A model generated the notes under the pieces. It was not told the DNA's origin, did not search any database, and saw nothing but the letters and a program-made list of their open reading frames with translations. From Fonticula alba ATCC 38817 (lineage: Eukaryota > Protista > Nucleariida), in NCBI GenBank assembly GCA_000388065.2, contig KB932204.1: a stretch of 39,926 nucleotides of DNA. One strand, written 5' to 3'. Shown here in pieces: positions 10,935 through 23,883 of the stretch. The position numbers and the translations under genes were made by a program. Within the stretch, counting starts at the first letter, position 1, and each line of letters begins with the position of its first letter.

Positions 10935-12350
10935 ATGTCTCCCCGGGACCCCGACGCCGGGTCCATAGCCCCCGCCACGGCCTCCCCCTACTACCTTCGG
11001 CTGGACTTCTTCAGCGTCCTGATGGAGCTGCTGAATCTGGTGGTCAAGCTGGAGAACTCGTGCGCGGAGGCCATCGCCTCGGCCACCGAGCAGAATAAGG
11101 ACGTCTCGGTGGCATACACTGTCGGCACCACGGCCACCGTGGTGTCGGGGCTGCTGCTGCTAACCCCCCTGGCCCCCCTGGCGGCCGGGGTGCTGGTGGC
11201 ATCTGCGGCCACCACCCTCGGCACCGGCATCACGGACTTCGTCATGAACAAGAACCGCCAAAAGCAGATCATCGAATGGGCCGAGTCCCTGCGCGTGTGC
11301 TACCTGAATTACATCGAGTGCTCGCTGCTGGTGCAGCAGCACATGGGCCGCGTGCTTTTCCCGACCACGGCCGAGGTGGGGTCGCTGTCCAATCAGCAGC
11401 TCGGCCTGTGCCTGCTCCTGTCGCACGCCTTCCTCGGGCTGGATGCCACGGCCGAGGCCGGGCCGGCCCTGGACACGCTGCTGGGCGAGTGCCGGCGCCT
11501 GCATGCCCTCGGGCTGAAGCGCTCGCCACCGGCCGGCCCCCCGGCCGGGGAGGCCCTCACGCAGCCGGGCAGCCCCGGCACCGACATGTCCCTCGAGGTC
11601 CTCCTGCGTGGGCTGGCCATCGCGGCACACGAAGACCCGGCCATCGCCCTGGCGGCCCCGAGCCTGGCCGACACGGCGGCCGTCTACCAGGTGGACATCC
11701 TGCCGCGCGTGGCCCTGGTCCTGCTGCGCGTGGTCTTCCAATTTACGGAGCACCCCCTGCCGGGGGACTTGTCCACCGTCAACATGGACACCGTGACGGC
11801 CGACGCCCTGGTGGCGCTGCTGAATGCCGGCGAGGCGTCCAAAACCATGCTCCAGCGCTTTGACAGCAGTAACTTCACCCTCAGCGGGGGCCTCACCTCG
11901 GCGGCCATCATGGCCGGCCGACTGCTGACCCCCTACATGCTGGTGTTCGACGTGGTCAACTGCTTCCACTCCTGGAAGAAGGACCCCCCCACCCTGAAGT
12001 CCATCAAGGACCTGGGGGCCACGCTCACTGCCCTGCGCACCGACATCGACTCGCGCTATGGGGCCTTCCTCCAGCGCGATGTGGCCACCGGTGTCATCAG
12101 TGCGTGTGGCATCCGGCCTGCCGCCGTGGCCCCCTCGTGTTGCCCTCTCCCCTGTTGCCTGCTCCTTGCCCCGGGGTTGCTCCCCCCTCGCCCTCCTTTC
12201 TTCGGCCCTTTCCCCCCCCCCCCCCCCCGGTTGTGGGGCTCCTGTTCCATCGCACACTGACCGCCTCCCTTCCGCCTGCCCTTCCGACGGTTCGACCCAC
12301 GCGCATGTGCACGCATAGAAATCAACCTGCCAGTCGAGGAAGAGGAGTGA
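10935..12350 (+). CDS. Apolipoprotein L-like membrane protein, join(10935..12099,12319..12350)
   Basis: GC3-biased ORF with a hydrophobic hairpin (NKDVSVAYTVGTTATVVSGLLLLTPLAPLAAGVLVASAATTLGTGITDF) and C-terminal YMLVFDVVNCFHSW...TLKSIKDLGATL, both recalling ApoL motifs. A GTGCGT...TAG intron at 12100-12318 restores frame to KINLPVEEEE*. Gene is well supported; family assignment is moderate. Confidence 0.6.
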
Positions 12351-12563
12351 GTCTGCCTCTGGGGATCTTCCGTCCCCCGACACCGGCTGTCGGCCCCTGG
12401 GCGGGGTCCCACTCGGGCGCACACAAGGCCACGAACAAGCAGAGTGTATCAAATAAAAAAATGTGTTCCTATTTCCATGCATGCCGCCGCGGTCGGGCGT
12501 CAGGGCAGAGGCAGGGCCGAGGGGCCCATCCTCATCCTCAGGGTCGCCGTCGGCATTGCATGC

Positions 12564-12948
12564 TCATCCGAAGCGTGCCTTCTTTTGGGTGGTCGACGTG
12601 ACGGCCAAGGCAAGCGAGGCGGCCGTCTCGTAGCCTGTCAGGGAGGCCGCGCCAGAAGCATCGCCGGCCGGATCGCGAGTGTCCGCCGCTCGGAAGGACG
12701 AGTCCCCGGGGAGGTTGCGTTTGGCCGCGGCCGCGGCCGCGCCGCCCACCTCGCGTGATAAGGTGGATGCAGTTAGCCTGTTCAGGCCGCTGACACCGGC
12801 CGACTTGCGCCAATGCGAGGACATCGACGCGGCCCAGTATGCCAAGCGGAAGACTGTACGTCGGCGGGTCAGTGGTCAAGCTATCGGGCCAGATGGCCGT
12901 CTGTCGAGGAGGCATAGGCACGTGTGCTTGCACGCGTGCGTGTATGTG

Positions 12949-12984
<36 letters not shown>

Positions 12985-14115
12985 TGTATATATATGTGTG
13001 TGTGCATATATACATATATGTGTATGTGCATATATACACATATGTGTATGTACATATATACACATGTATGTATGGGTGTGCGTGCGCGCTTGGATGTGAA
13101 AGGAACGCACCCTCGCGCTCGCAGGCATCGAGCCTCTCCAGATCGGTCGACACGTCACGAGCCATGGCCCGATGGGCCGTGTGCAGGACATGCGACAGGC
13201 GCGAAGTGTAGGCCTTTGGGCCATTGAGACATGCGTATGGACAGCAGCGAAGAGGGACATCCCATCGAAGAGGCGTCAGAAGGACCGACGGGGCGGGAGG
13301 AGAGGAAGGGCCAGCAGCAGGGCGGGGCCGAAAGGGGAGCCTACTGAAAGGGGGGGGGGCCAGGCTGCCCTGTGGGCACGTACCTCGTGGAGCATCTCAC
13401 CCAGTGCATAATCCTGCTTCCTGCTCAGCAGCAACCGAATGGCGTCAGGGGCTCGGGAGCGGGCAACATGACAAAAGGGAAGAAGGGTGACATGGAGGAC
13501 GCACAGCGTGGCGATTTTCTGGCCCAGACGGAAGTATTGCCCACTGCCGCCACCCTCGACCGTGCGCAGATCAGCACCAACAGGGTCCGCCTTCAGTGCG
13601 GCTCCCGCGCGAGGCCCAAACGCACGTGGGACATTTGTCGTGACGACCATCCTAGGTGGGGTTAGGACGCGGGCGAATGAGAGGAGGGAGCAGCAGCGTG
13701 CATCCATGTGTTGTGTGCTTGTCTATGTGGGCGTATGTGTGTGTGTGTGCGTGTGTGGGCGAATGCGCGGGAATCGGCCGATGGCCGCACGTACTTGCTC
13801 TCCAGCCCCTGGGCCAACCAAAAGGGGATCTCAAACTGCTTGGTCTTTCGGTCAACCGGCTCACCAAGGCCAATCAGATGTAGATCCGACGAGCGCAGTC
13901 GGAGGCGCACCTGGCAGGTCACGCGCTGGAGGGGGTAAAAAAAAAAGAGCCCCAACAGCACAGGCCCCGCCATGGATATGGGTGAGCGCGTGGGCACGCG
14001 TGCGCGTGTCAGTGGCTTTGGAGGGATGGCAGAGGGGAAGCCAGCAGGTGCGCACCTCCTGTTCGGCGAGGATATCATCCAAATCATAGTAGTCGGGAGA
14101 GATGTGCTCTTCCAT
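12564..14115 (-). CDS. PSF3: GINS complex subunit Psf3, 6 exons: 14115-14056, 13910-13795, 13651-13505, 13420-13384, 13213-13111, 12853-12564
   Basis: Spliced product has YYDLDDILAEQE, FEIPFWLA, ALKADPVGADL, YFRLGQKI, LERLDACEREVFRLA, all typical Psf3 motifs. All introns GT-AG, phases consistent, total 753 nt. Confidence 0.9.
12918..13090. repeat. Alternating purine-pyrimidine compound microsatellite in Psf3 intron 5
   Basis: (GTGC)n followed by TATA/TGTG/CACA arrays, including about three copies of a ~24-bp unit like TGTGCATATATACACATATGTGTA. Confidence 0.85.
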
Positions 14116-14611
14116 GATGCGCGGATGCGTGCGTGCGCCCGCGAGGAGAGTGAGGGGCAGTCAAAGAGAGGCAGGGACAGGGAGGGTGGTATCGGTGAGA
14201 GCGGTCCAAATGCCACGCGGGGGACCGGGCAAAGGGGAGGAAAGAGATGAGGGGACCAAGCGAAGGGAGGAGGAGTGCTGCTTCGGAGGGATTTCCAGAG
14301 ACCGCAAAGGCCCAAACTTTTGAGGGCCCGCCCTCTCGGGCACCCGATCGCGTGGGGACGCTCGATCCGCAGGGCCCGGCCGCCTCCTCTCCCCGGTGCC
14401 CGACTCGCCCGACTTCCAAGGGGCGGATTTAAAATACAAGCCCCCTTCTGCCCACCACCGTTACACACCAGAGTGGGTACATGTATTTTGGGGAGCACTA
14501 AAAAAGATGTGTTTTTCCGGGGGGGAGGGGCGGGGGAAATCTATATTCATGCAGCGCCGCGGCATGTGCGCGTATTTTGCCGGCCGGGGCACGCCTGCGC
14601 GCGCACACTTC

Positions 14612-16541
<1,930 letters not shown>

Positions 16542-16941
16542 CCNNNNNNNNNNNNNNNNNNNNNNNNNNNNNNNNNNNNNNNNNNNNNNNNNNNNNNNNN
16601 NNNNNNNNNNNNNNNNNNNNNNNNNNNNNNNNNNNNNNNNNNNNNNNNNNNNNNNNNNNNNNNNNNNNNNNNNNNNNNNNNNNNNNNNNNNNNNNNNNNN
16701 NNNNNNNNNNNNNNNNNNNNNNNNNNNNNNNNNNNNNNNNNNNNNNNNNNNNNNNNNNNNNNNNNNNNNNNNNNNNNNNNNNNNNNNNNNNNNNNNNNNN
16801 NNNNNNNNNNNNNNNNNNNNNNNNNNNNNNNNNNNNNNNNNNNNNNNNNNNNNNNNNNNNNCCCCCCCCCCCCCCCCCTTCAACCCAGTTCCGCCCCGCC
16901 CCAGGTCCCTAACATGTGTGCCGCATGGCCATCGTGCCCAG

Positions 16942-18138
16942 TCGCCCTCGGACATCCACCCCGTGGTGGTGACGGAAAATGGCGTCTTCAACTGTCGCTC
17001 CGGGGCCTTCATGCACCGGGAGCTGATCGGAAAGCGCTTTGGGTCCCGGGTGCGCGGGCGTGCTGGGACGCGCGGTGGCCGTGGCCAGGGCCGGCGCCAG
17101 GCCGCCGGCAAGGCCAACACCGGGGCCACCCCCGGCGGCGGCTGGGCCTACCTCCTGCACCCGAGCCCCGAGCTGTGGACCGTGTCGCTGCCGCACCGCA
17201 CCCAGATCCTCTATGTGGCGGACATTTCCTTCATCACCATGCAGCTGAACATCCAGCCCGGCAGTGTGGTGGTCGAGTCGGGCACCGGATCCGGGTCCTT
17301 CAGCCACTCGCTGGCACGCACGGTCGGCCCGACCGGGCACCTGCACACCTTCGAGTATCATGCCCAGCGTGCCGAGCTGGCGGCCGAGGAGTTTGCGCGC
17401 CATGGCCTGGCCGACCGGGCCACGGTGCGCTGCCGCGATGTCTGCGAGCTCGGCTTCACGGAGGAGCTTCGTGGCCAGGCGGACGCCGTCTTCCTGGACC
17501 TGCCGTCCCCCTGGCTGGCCATCGGCCACGCGCGGGATGCCCTCAACCCCCGGGTCCCCACGCGCCTGGCCTCCTATTCCCCCTGCATGGAGCAGGTCCA
17601 GCGGACCTGCCTGGCCCTGCGGGACCTCGGCTTCAGCGAGATCCGCACCTTCGAGACGCTGATCCGGCCACATGCCCTGCGCGGGGCGAGCCAGCGGTCT
17701 CTCGAGAGCCTGGCCCGCTATGGCACCCGCGAGCTGGCCGCCCTGGAGGAGGCCGGCGCTGACTCCGCCAACGCCGAGGCCGTGGCCGCCATCCAGCAGA
17801 AGCTCGACCTGAGCCGGGTCACCGCCGAGCAGGTGGCTCGCGAAACCCAAGTGTCCCTCGGGCCGCAGCTGGTCATGGGCCAGGAAATGCGCGGCCATAC
17901 CAGTTACCTGACCTTTGCCACCCTCTACCCGGGCCTGTGGTCCGAGGACGCGGCCGCCACCGCCGAGGAGGCTGTCGCTGGCGGCCCGGCCGAGAGCCAG
18001 CCATCGGCTGCTGTCCCGACCGAGGAGCAGCCTGCCCCGGAGCCTGCCGAGGGGGCTGCCACCGCGGCCGCCGCGGCCGCCGGGTCCCCCTCCCCCTCCT
18101 CCTCCTCGACCCCGGAGGCGGCCGACGCCTCGGAGTAG
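16942..18138 (+). CDS. TRM61: tRNA (adenine-58-N1)-methyltransferase catalytic subunit, 5'-partial (first exon probably in gap 16544-16861)
   Basis: Motifs LLHPSPELWTVSLPHRTQILY, VVESGTGSGSFSHSLARTVGPTGHLHTFEYH, DAVFLDLPSPW, SYSPCMEQVQRT, GHTSYLTFA. In-frame CAG acceptor at 16941. Confidence 0.95.
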   Translation, partial: SPSDIHPVVVTENGVFNCRSGAFMHRELIGKRFGSRVRGRAGTRGGRGQGRRQAAGKANTGATPGGGWAYLLHPSPELWTVSLPHRTQILYVADISFITMQLNIQPGSVVVESGTGSGSFSHSLARTVGPTGHLHTFEYHAQRAELAAEEFARHGLADRATVRCRDVCELGFTEELRGQADAVFLDLPSPWLAIGHARDALNPRVPTRLASYSPCMEQVQRTCLALRDLGFSEIRTFETLIRPHALRGASQRSLESLARYGTRELAALEEAGADSANAEAVAAIQQKLDLSRVTAEQVARETQVSLGPQLVMGQEMRGHTSYLTFATLYPGLWSEDAAATAEEAVAGGPAESQPSAAVPTEEQPAPEPAEGAATAAAAAAGSPSPSSSSTPEAADASE

Positions 18139-18823
18139 GCCCCCCCCCCCTCCCACCCCCTGGCATCCTTCCCTCACATGGCCCTCTCCTCCGCCCCCTG
18201 CGCCTCCTCTTGTTCCCTGTGGCCTTGCATCGGCCCTTACGCCTGCCTGTGGGGGGTGGAAAGAAAGAACCCTGCCCGAGCCCTCGTCCCCCTTTTTTTT
18301 TCTTGTGGTCGGGAGATGCTCTCCTTTGGCCCTCTATCCAATGAACGCGCCGCTTGCCGCCGTGGGAGACTCATTTTTATTGGGGGAGAAAATGTCCGGC
18401 TGTCTTTGTGGAGGGGGTGGTGGTGGAGGTGGACGAGTGTCAGATACGCGTGCGAAAATGCGTGCAAAAGGGCCGGCGGAGGCGACATAGCGGGCAAGAA
18501 AGATGGGCCAGCCCGAAAGGGAGGCAGAGCAGGACAGCGCCCTGTGCATGGGTGGGGGAAAAAAAAAACATGCACATGTCAAGCAGCATCAGCGAGAAGA
18601 TTGCTTCGTCACAAGCTGTGCTCTCTCCAGGCACGGGAGAGGGGCGGCGCGAAGGGCACCCCCCCTCGTCCGGTCGTGCGCACGGGGATTGCACAGCCTC
18701 GCGGAGGCGGACAGCAATGTCCACCCCCATGGAAATGGGTCATCATGCGCCGGCATTGACATGGGTGCTTCTCGTCCGGGGGCCAGGGAGGGGGGCAAGG
18801 TGTTGGCGATGGCCCGGGCGTAC

Positions 18824-18860
<37 letters not shown>

Positions 18861-19325
18861 GCGCGCGCACGCAGGAGGGCATCGGCAGGGGACACGGTGG
18901 CGGGTGTGCACAGAGGTCTCCGGCCCTCGCCCCCCTTCCGCCCCCCCCCCCCCCCCACCCCCCCCCCAAGGGCAAGGTACCCGGACCGGCATCCCGAGAG
19001 ATGCTCACACACCTCTCGTGGTGGTCCCTGCGCAGGGGCGTCCATGTGGTCAGAGCATGGCCTGGCAGAGGGGAGGAGGGGGAGGGGGGGGGGAGAGAGA
19101 GGCATTCCAAACATTTCTATTGGTGTGAGGGGGCAGAGGGGAGAGAGGGCGGCAAAGTTGACGCGCCTGCCACGATCAAGGCTGGCGATCCCGAGGGCGG
19201 GGAGGGGGAAATAGTACAATTGGCAGGAGGGGAGGGAGGGGGACATATGTGAGGGGCATCGTGGTGGCGGGGGGCCAAATCACGAAAAGGGGAGGGAGCA
19301 AGGGGGGCGCATTCGGCATGCAGCC

Positions 19326-20064
19326 TCACTTCATGCGCTCGGCCGCGGCGTTGTAGACGCCATGCTGGGCAACCTCCAGGTCGTTGAGCTTCAGACCCAT
19401 AAGGCGGACTGCGGCGAGCGGGGCCCATGAAGGGAGCAGGGAGCGAGCGCAACCGGATGAGGTTAGCCGAGGGAGGGGCGGAGCAGAACGGGCAGCCGAA
19501 GCAAAGCGGGCCAGGCCATGGAGCCGGCGGCGGCGTACAGGAAGACTCGAAGTAGGCAACGGAGAAGCCACCGACGGCGCACAGGAACGTCGAGAGGGCG
19601 ATGACGGCCGGGCGGTTGGCGGGGATGACCGAGCGGATGCTGGTGGCTGCGGGGCGAAGGGGGAGAAAGGGGAAAAGAAGGGGCAGTGTGAGCGTGTTGG
19701 CACGTGAGGGAAGGCACGCGGAGGAGCTTGGGGTACGCCCCCAAAGAGGCGACAGGGGAGAGGCGCACGGTAGAAGAGGAAGCCCATGCTGACGGCGGCA
19801 ACGGCGCCACCCTTCAGGATGTCCGAGTCACGGATGTTCTTGGTGGTCTCCAGGAAGGTGGGGTTCGGCTGAACGACAGGGTACTTGGGGGCGAAGGTGG
19901 CCCTGCGCGAGGGAAGAAGGCGCTCGGTGGTGAGTTGGGCGGAGAGGGAGGGAGGGAGGGGGGGGGGCAGGCGGAGAAGGGGCAGGAGGAGAGGGGGCAA
20001 GAAGAGAGAGAGAGAGAGAGAGAGAGAGGGAAGGAGGGCATATGGGAGGGGGGCGCGCTTACAT
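19326..20064 (-). CDS. Complex I 21-kDa/NUXM-type accessory subunit, 108 aa, exons 20064-20063, 19902-19769, 19646-19539, 19408-19326
   Basis: Spliced product MATFAPKYPVVQPNPTF...DILKGGAVAAVSMGFLFY...GGFSVAYFESSFRLMGLKLNDLEVA matches the YPV.D.NP / GGF..AYQ.S..RLMG..PND.EV signature of the fungal/plant subunit. Phases consistent, 327 nt. Confidence 0.85.
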
Positions 20065-20414
20065 GGTGACGGAAAGTGGGGGAGAAGAGAGGGAAGGCAA
20101 AGGGGGAGGGAGCGATCACGATCTCGGTTGTTGGATCTCGGCCTTCGCGGGGACCGGGGTGCCGGCTCTTCTGCGCCCTGCCGGGCCGGCAAACAATGCG
20201 TCAGCCGCGCGCGGCGCCGGCGGCAGTGGCGGCGAGGCGGCGAGGCGGAGGCCCCCCTCGCCCCCATCAAAGAGAGGGTGCCCCCGTTGCCCCTTCGCCC
20301 CCCTGGCCACTCTGTTCGGAGGTGCCGCCGAGCATTGACAGAGACCCCCCTCCCCCCCCCACCTGCCCCGGCAAACCGGCGTCCAGCGAACGGCGCCCGG
20401 TCCAGAGAAGTGAC

Positions 20415-20417
<3 letters not shown>

Positions 20418-20471
<54 letters not shown>
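20418..20471. repeat. (GA)n microsatellite
   Basis: Perfect dinucleotide run. Similar (GA)n tracts at ~26573-26645, ~29810-29890 and ~30310-30336 lie in PA200 introns. Confidence 0.9.
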
Positions 20472-20475
<4 letters not shown>

Positions 20476-21241
20476 GAGAAACAAGGCGCCAGTGGCACCA
20501 GGCCAGGACCACACACCGCGGGCCGCCGGACGAGGGTGGGGGGATAATGATGCGCGGGCGGCTGACCGGCAAAATGGTATTCACACATAACGTGTGCATC
20601 TTCCCGCCATCCCGCTGCCAACGCATATGCCAATCGACCGGCGCCTCGCTGGCCGGTTTCCCGGCGCGTCTGGCCAGCCCCGGGCGAAGGAGCCCCCCCC
20701 CCCCCCCCCGGGAGAGGCGGTGCGTGGCAGGGGGCCGGCCCGGGGGCACAAGGCGCCGGCGTCCCGGCCCGGGGAGACACCGCCCCATCGGCCACTAGCG
20801 AGCGTGGGCGCGGCTCTGGCCAGACACGCCGCCCCCGCCCGGGCCCCGGCCCCGAAGGCATAACTGACCCGAGGCCGGGCCGCTCGAGCCGCCGACCTGC
20901 CGTGCAGAGCCCCCNNNNNNNNNNNNNNNNNNNNNNNNNNNNNNNNNNNNNNNNNNNNNNNNNNNNNNNNNNNNNNNNNNNNNNNNNNNNNNNNNNNNNN
21001 NNNNNNNNNNNNNNNNNNNNNNNNNNNNNNNNNNNNNNNNNNNNNNNNNNNNNNNNNNNNNNNNNNNNNNNNNNNNNNNNNNNNNNNNNNNNNNNNNNNN
21101 NNNNNNNNNNNNNNNNNNNNNNNNNNNNNNNNNNNNNNNNNNNNNNNNNNNNNNNNNNNNNNNNNNNNNNNNNNNNNNNNNNNNNNNNNNNNNNCCGCCG
21201 CCGCCCCCACCCCCGGCCTCGCCCCGTCCCCTGGCCCGTAG

Positions 21242-22298
21242 GACCAGTTTGACACGATCAATCTCTCGCGCAACTCCATCCGCCGGCTGGACAACATCCC
21301 CCTGCTCAAGCGGCTCGACACCATCCTCCTGCCTTTTAATCAGATCAGCAAGATCGACCCGTCCATCTGCAAAAACCTGCCCAGCTTGCAGACCCTGAAC
21401 CTGTCAAACAACTACGTGCGTCCGCGGCCGGGCGCCCCCCCCCCCCCCCCCTTTCCCACATCTCCCACCAGTGTGCCCCCGCCATGGTGCCCTGCTTGTC
21501 CTGTCCCCCCCTCCGCCTCTGACCTCCCCTCTCGGTCCCCATGCGCAGATCAAGGATCTTTCCGAGCTCCGCCACTTGACCGGCCTCGCCAAGCTCCGGT
21601 CCCTCTCCCTGGACGGGAATGATGTGGCCTCCGCCGACAAGTACCGCCTTGTGGTGGCCTACCTCCTGCCGCAGGTGAAGATCCTTGACTACCAGCGCAT
21701 CAAGATGGCCGTGCGTCATGCCGACACACCCGAAGCGGCGGGCAAAGCTCGCCCATCCCGGCGCCCCCGCCTTTCATTCCACCAGGGCAGGCGCTGGCCA
21801 TGGGCGGCGCGGCTTCCCCGGGTCCTTTGTCGCCTCCCTTTTGCGCCTTGTGCTTGCCGGGCTCTAACCTGCACACCGATCCGTCGCCCTCCCCCCCGCC
21901 CTCCGCCACCTTCCGCCGGGCCGCAGGAGCGCCGCGAGGCCCGGGCCTTCTTCCAGAGCGCCGATCTGCCGGTGGCCTTCCGGCAATTCCTCCATGACGG
22001 TGCTCCCGTCGAGGCTGCCACCGGGGCCGACTCCGATTCCGACACCGAGGAGACCGCCGAGGAGGGCGCCCCGGAGGCCGCTCCGGCCGGCGCCGCCGCC
22101 GGCGCCGCCGCCCGGCCCGGCGCCGCCCTCTCTGAGGCTGACCGCCAGGCCCTCATTGCCGCCATCGAAAGTGCCTCCTCCCTGGATGAGGCCGCTCGCC
22201 TGGGGAAGATCCTCCAGTCTGGTGGCTCGGCGGCCGACGTGCAGCGCGCCCTCGCCGCCTCGAAGACCGCCGCCGCGGCCACCCCCGCGTCCTCCTAA
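21242..22298 (+). CDS. SNRPA1: U2 snRNP protein A' (LRR), 5'-partial, exons 21242-21415, 21549-21710, 21927-22298
   Basis: DQFDTINLSRNSIRRLDNIPLLKRLDTILL, YRLVVAYLLPQVKILDYQRIK, ERREARAFF and C-terminal IAAIESASSLDEAARLGKILQSG. All introns phase 0, GT-AG. Confidence 0.93.
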
Positions 22299-23883
22299 TC
22301 GAGGCTCACCTTGCTGGCGTGCTGCTGCGCGCGTGCGCGCCCACGCCCGCGCGTGGCGCACGCGACCGCCGGCACCCCCCCTCCCGTCCCTTGCCCTTTA
22401 TTCAAAGTCCAAAGGGTCTCCCTGCCTCTCTCTCTCTCTCTCTCTCTCCCTCCCCCCTCCCATGCTCGACACAATACGAAAGAACAAACATTTGTTTCGG
22501 ATCGTCCGCCCTCTCCCTCCCTTGTGTGTCCGGCCCGTGGCCCGTGGCCCGGGGTCCGATTCGGTGGGGGCGCAATCGGCCGTTGGCGTGGTCACATGGC
22601 GACCCGTGACATACATCGCGTGACCGTGCCAGAATGGTAAGTCGCGTTGTTGGCGGGGCACGTCCGCGGTGCGCTCCCGCGCATCGGTCGCGGCGAAGGG
22701 GCAGCGCCTCGCCCATGGGCTGGCCCAAGCGCGAGAGGGAGGGGGGGGGGGGGTCGCGCGGTCCGTCTGGCCCTCGCTTATTCCCCCCGAGAGTAAGTTA
22801 CCGTGCAACTGGCCTGGAACGTGGGCTGCCCCGGGTCAAGGGGGGCGGGGCTCGGAAAAATCGCCCCTGACGCTGCGCCGCCCGCCGCCCTGTGTCCTGG
22901 ACGCGCTCTCGTGTGCGCCTCCGCCCCCCGCTCAACACCACCCTCGGACGGGCCCTTCTTCGGGGGGGGGGGGGAGGGAGGCGGCGCGTGTGAAATCGCC
23001 CCGTGCCTGGGCGGGGGGGGGGGGGCTCGGGGAGCACAGGCATGAGCCAGCCTCACAGGCCCGATCAGAGCATGGGCACCTCCACGGGGGCGCCTGTCGA
23101 TGTGTCAACACTTTCGGCCCGGGGCCGCGCCGGGGCGGACGCAGGTCCTCCACTCGGCCGGCCCATCGATGGGTGAACGGCCCCGGGGCCCCGCCCGAGG
23201 AGGGGGAGAGAGGACAGCCGGACAGATCGCTCATCAAGGGCGGGCGGAGGGCACCGTGTGTGGGGGACCGGGCCGGTGGCACACGCGCCGCGCGCGCCGG
23301 CTGTTGGGGAGGACCCTTCGACCGGGTCACGTCCCGGGGCCGGGCGCTCGGCTCGCTGTGTTCGGTTGGTTCCGGCTCGCGGGGAGCGCGCCCGGCGCCG
23401 GGGAGCGGTCCAGGTGGCCGGGCCCCGCCGCGCAGACCGCCATATGATTCGGGCATTCTCCCCGGCCGCTGTTCGGCCGTCTGGGCACCGAGGCCCGGGA
23501 CTCCCCACCCGGGCTGGTCTCTTGTGTATGTGCGTGTGTGTGTGTGTGTGTGCGTGCGCCCGCGCGCTCAGGCGTGCGCCGGGCCCGGGGATCTGCCCCA
23601 GGCCGGAGGAGGGGATCTGCCTCGCGCTTGTTGTCCTGGCCGCCGGCGCCCGGGCTAGCAGGTCATTTCGGCCGCCAACGCCCCAGCCGCCAGGCGCCCG
23701 CTGGCTGCTCGTCCATCCCTCGGCGACCGCCCGCGCTCCTCTCTTCCCCGCCCCCCTCCGCCGTCTCCTCCTCCTCGCACTCCCCCTCCCCCCCCCTGCC
23801 TCCGGCTATCTCTCTCTTCTTGGTGCTTTGTGTTGTGCCCCTCCCCCCTGCCTCCCCCCTGATCACAGCCCCTCTCTCCAGCC

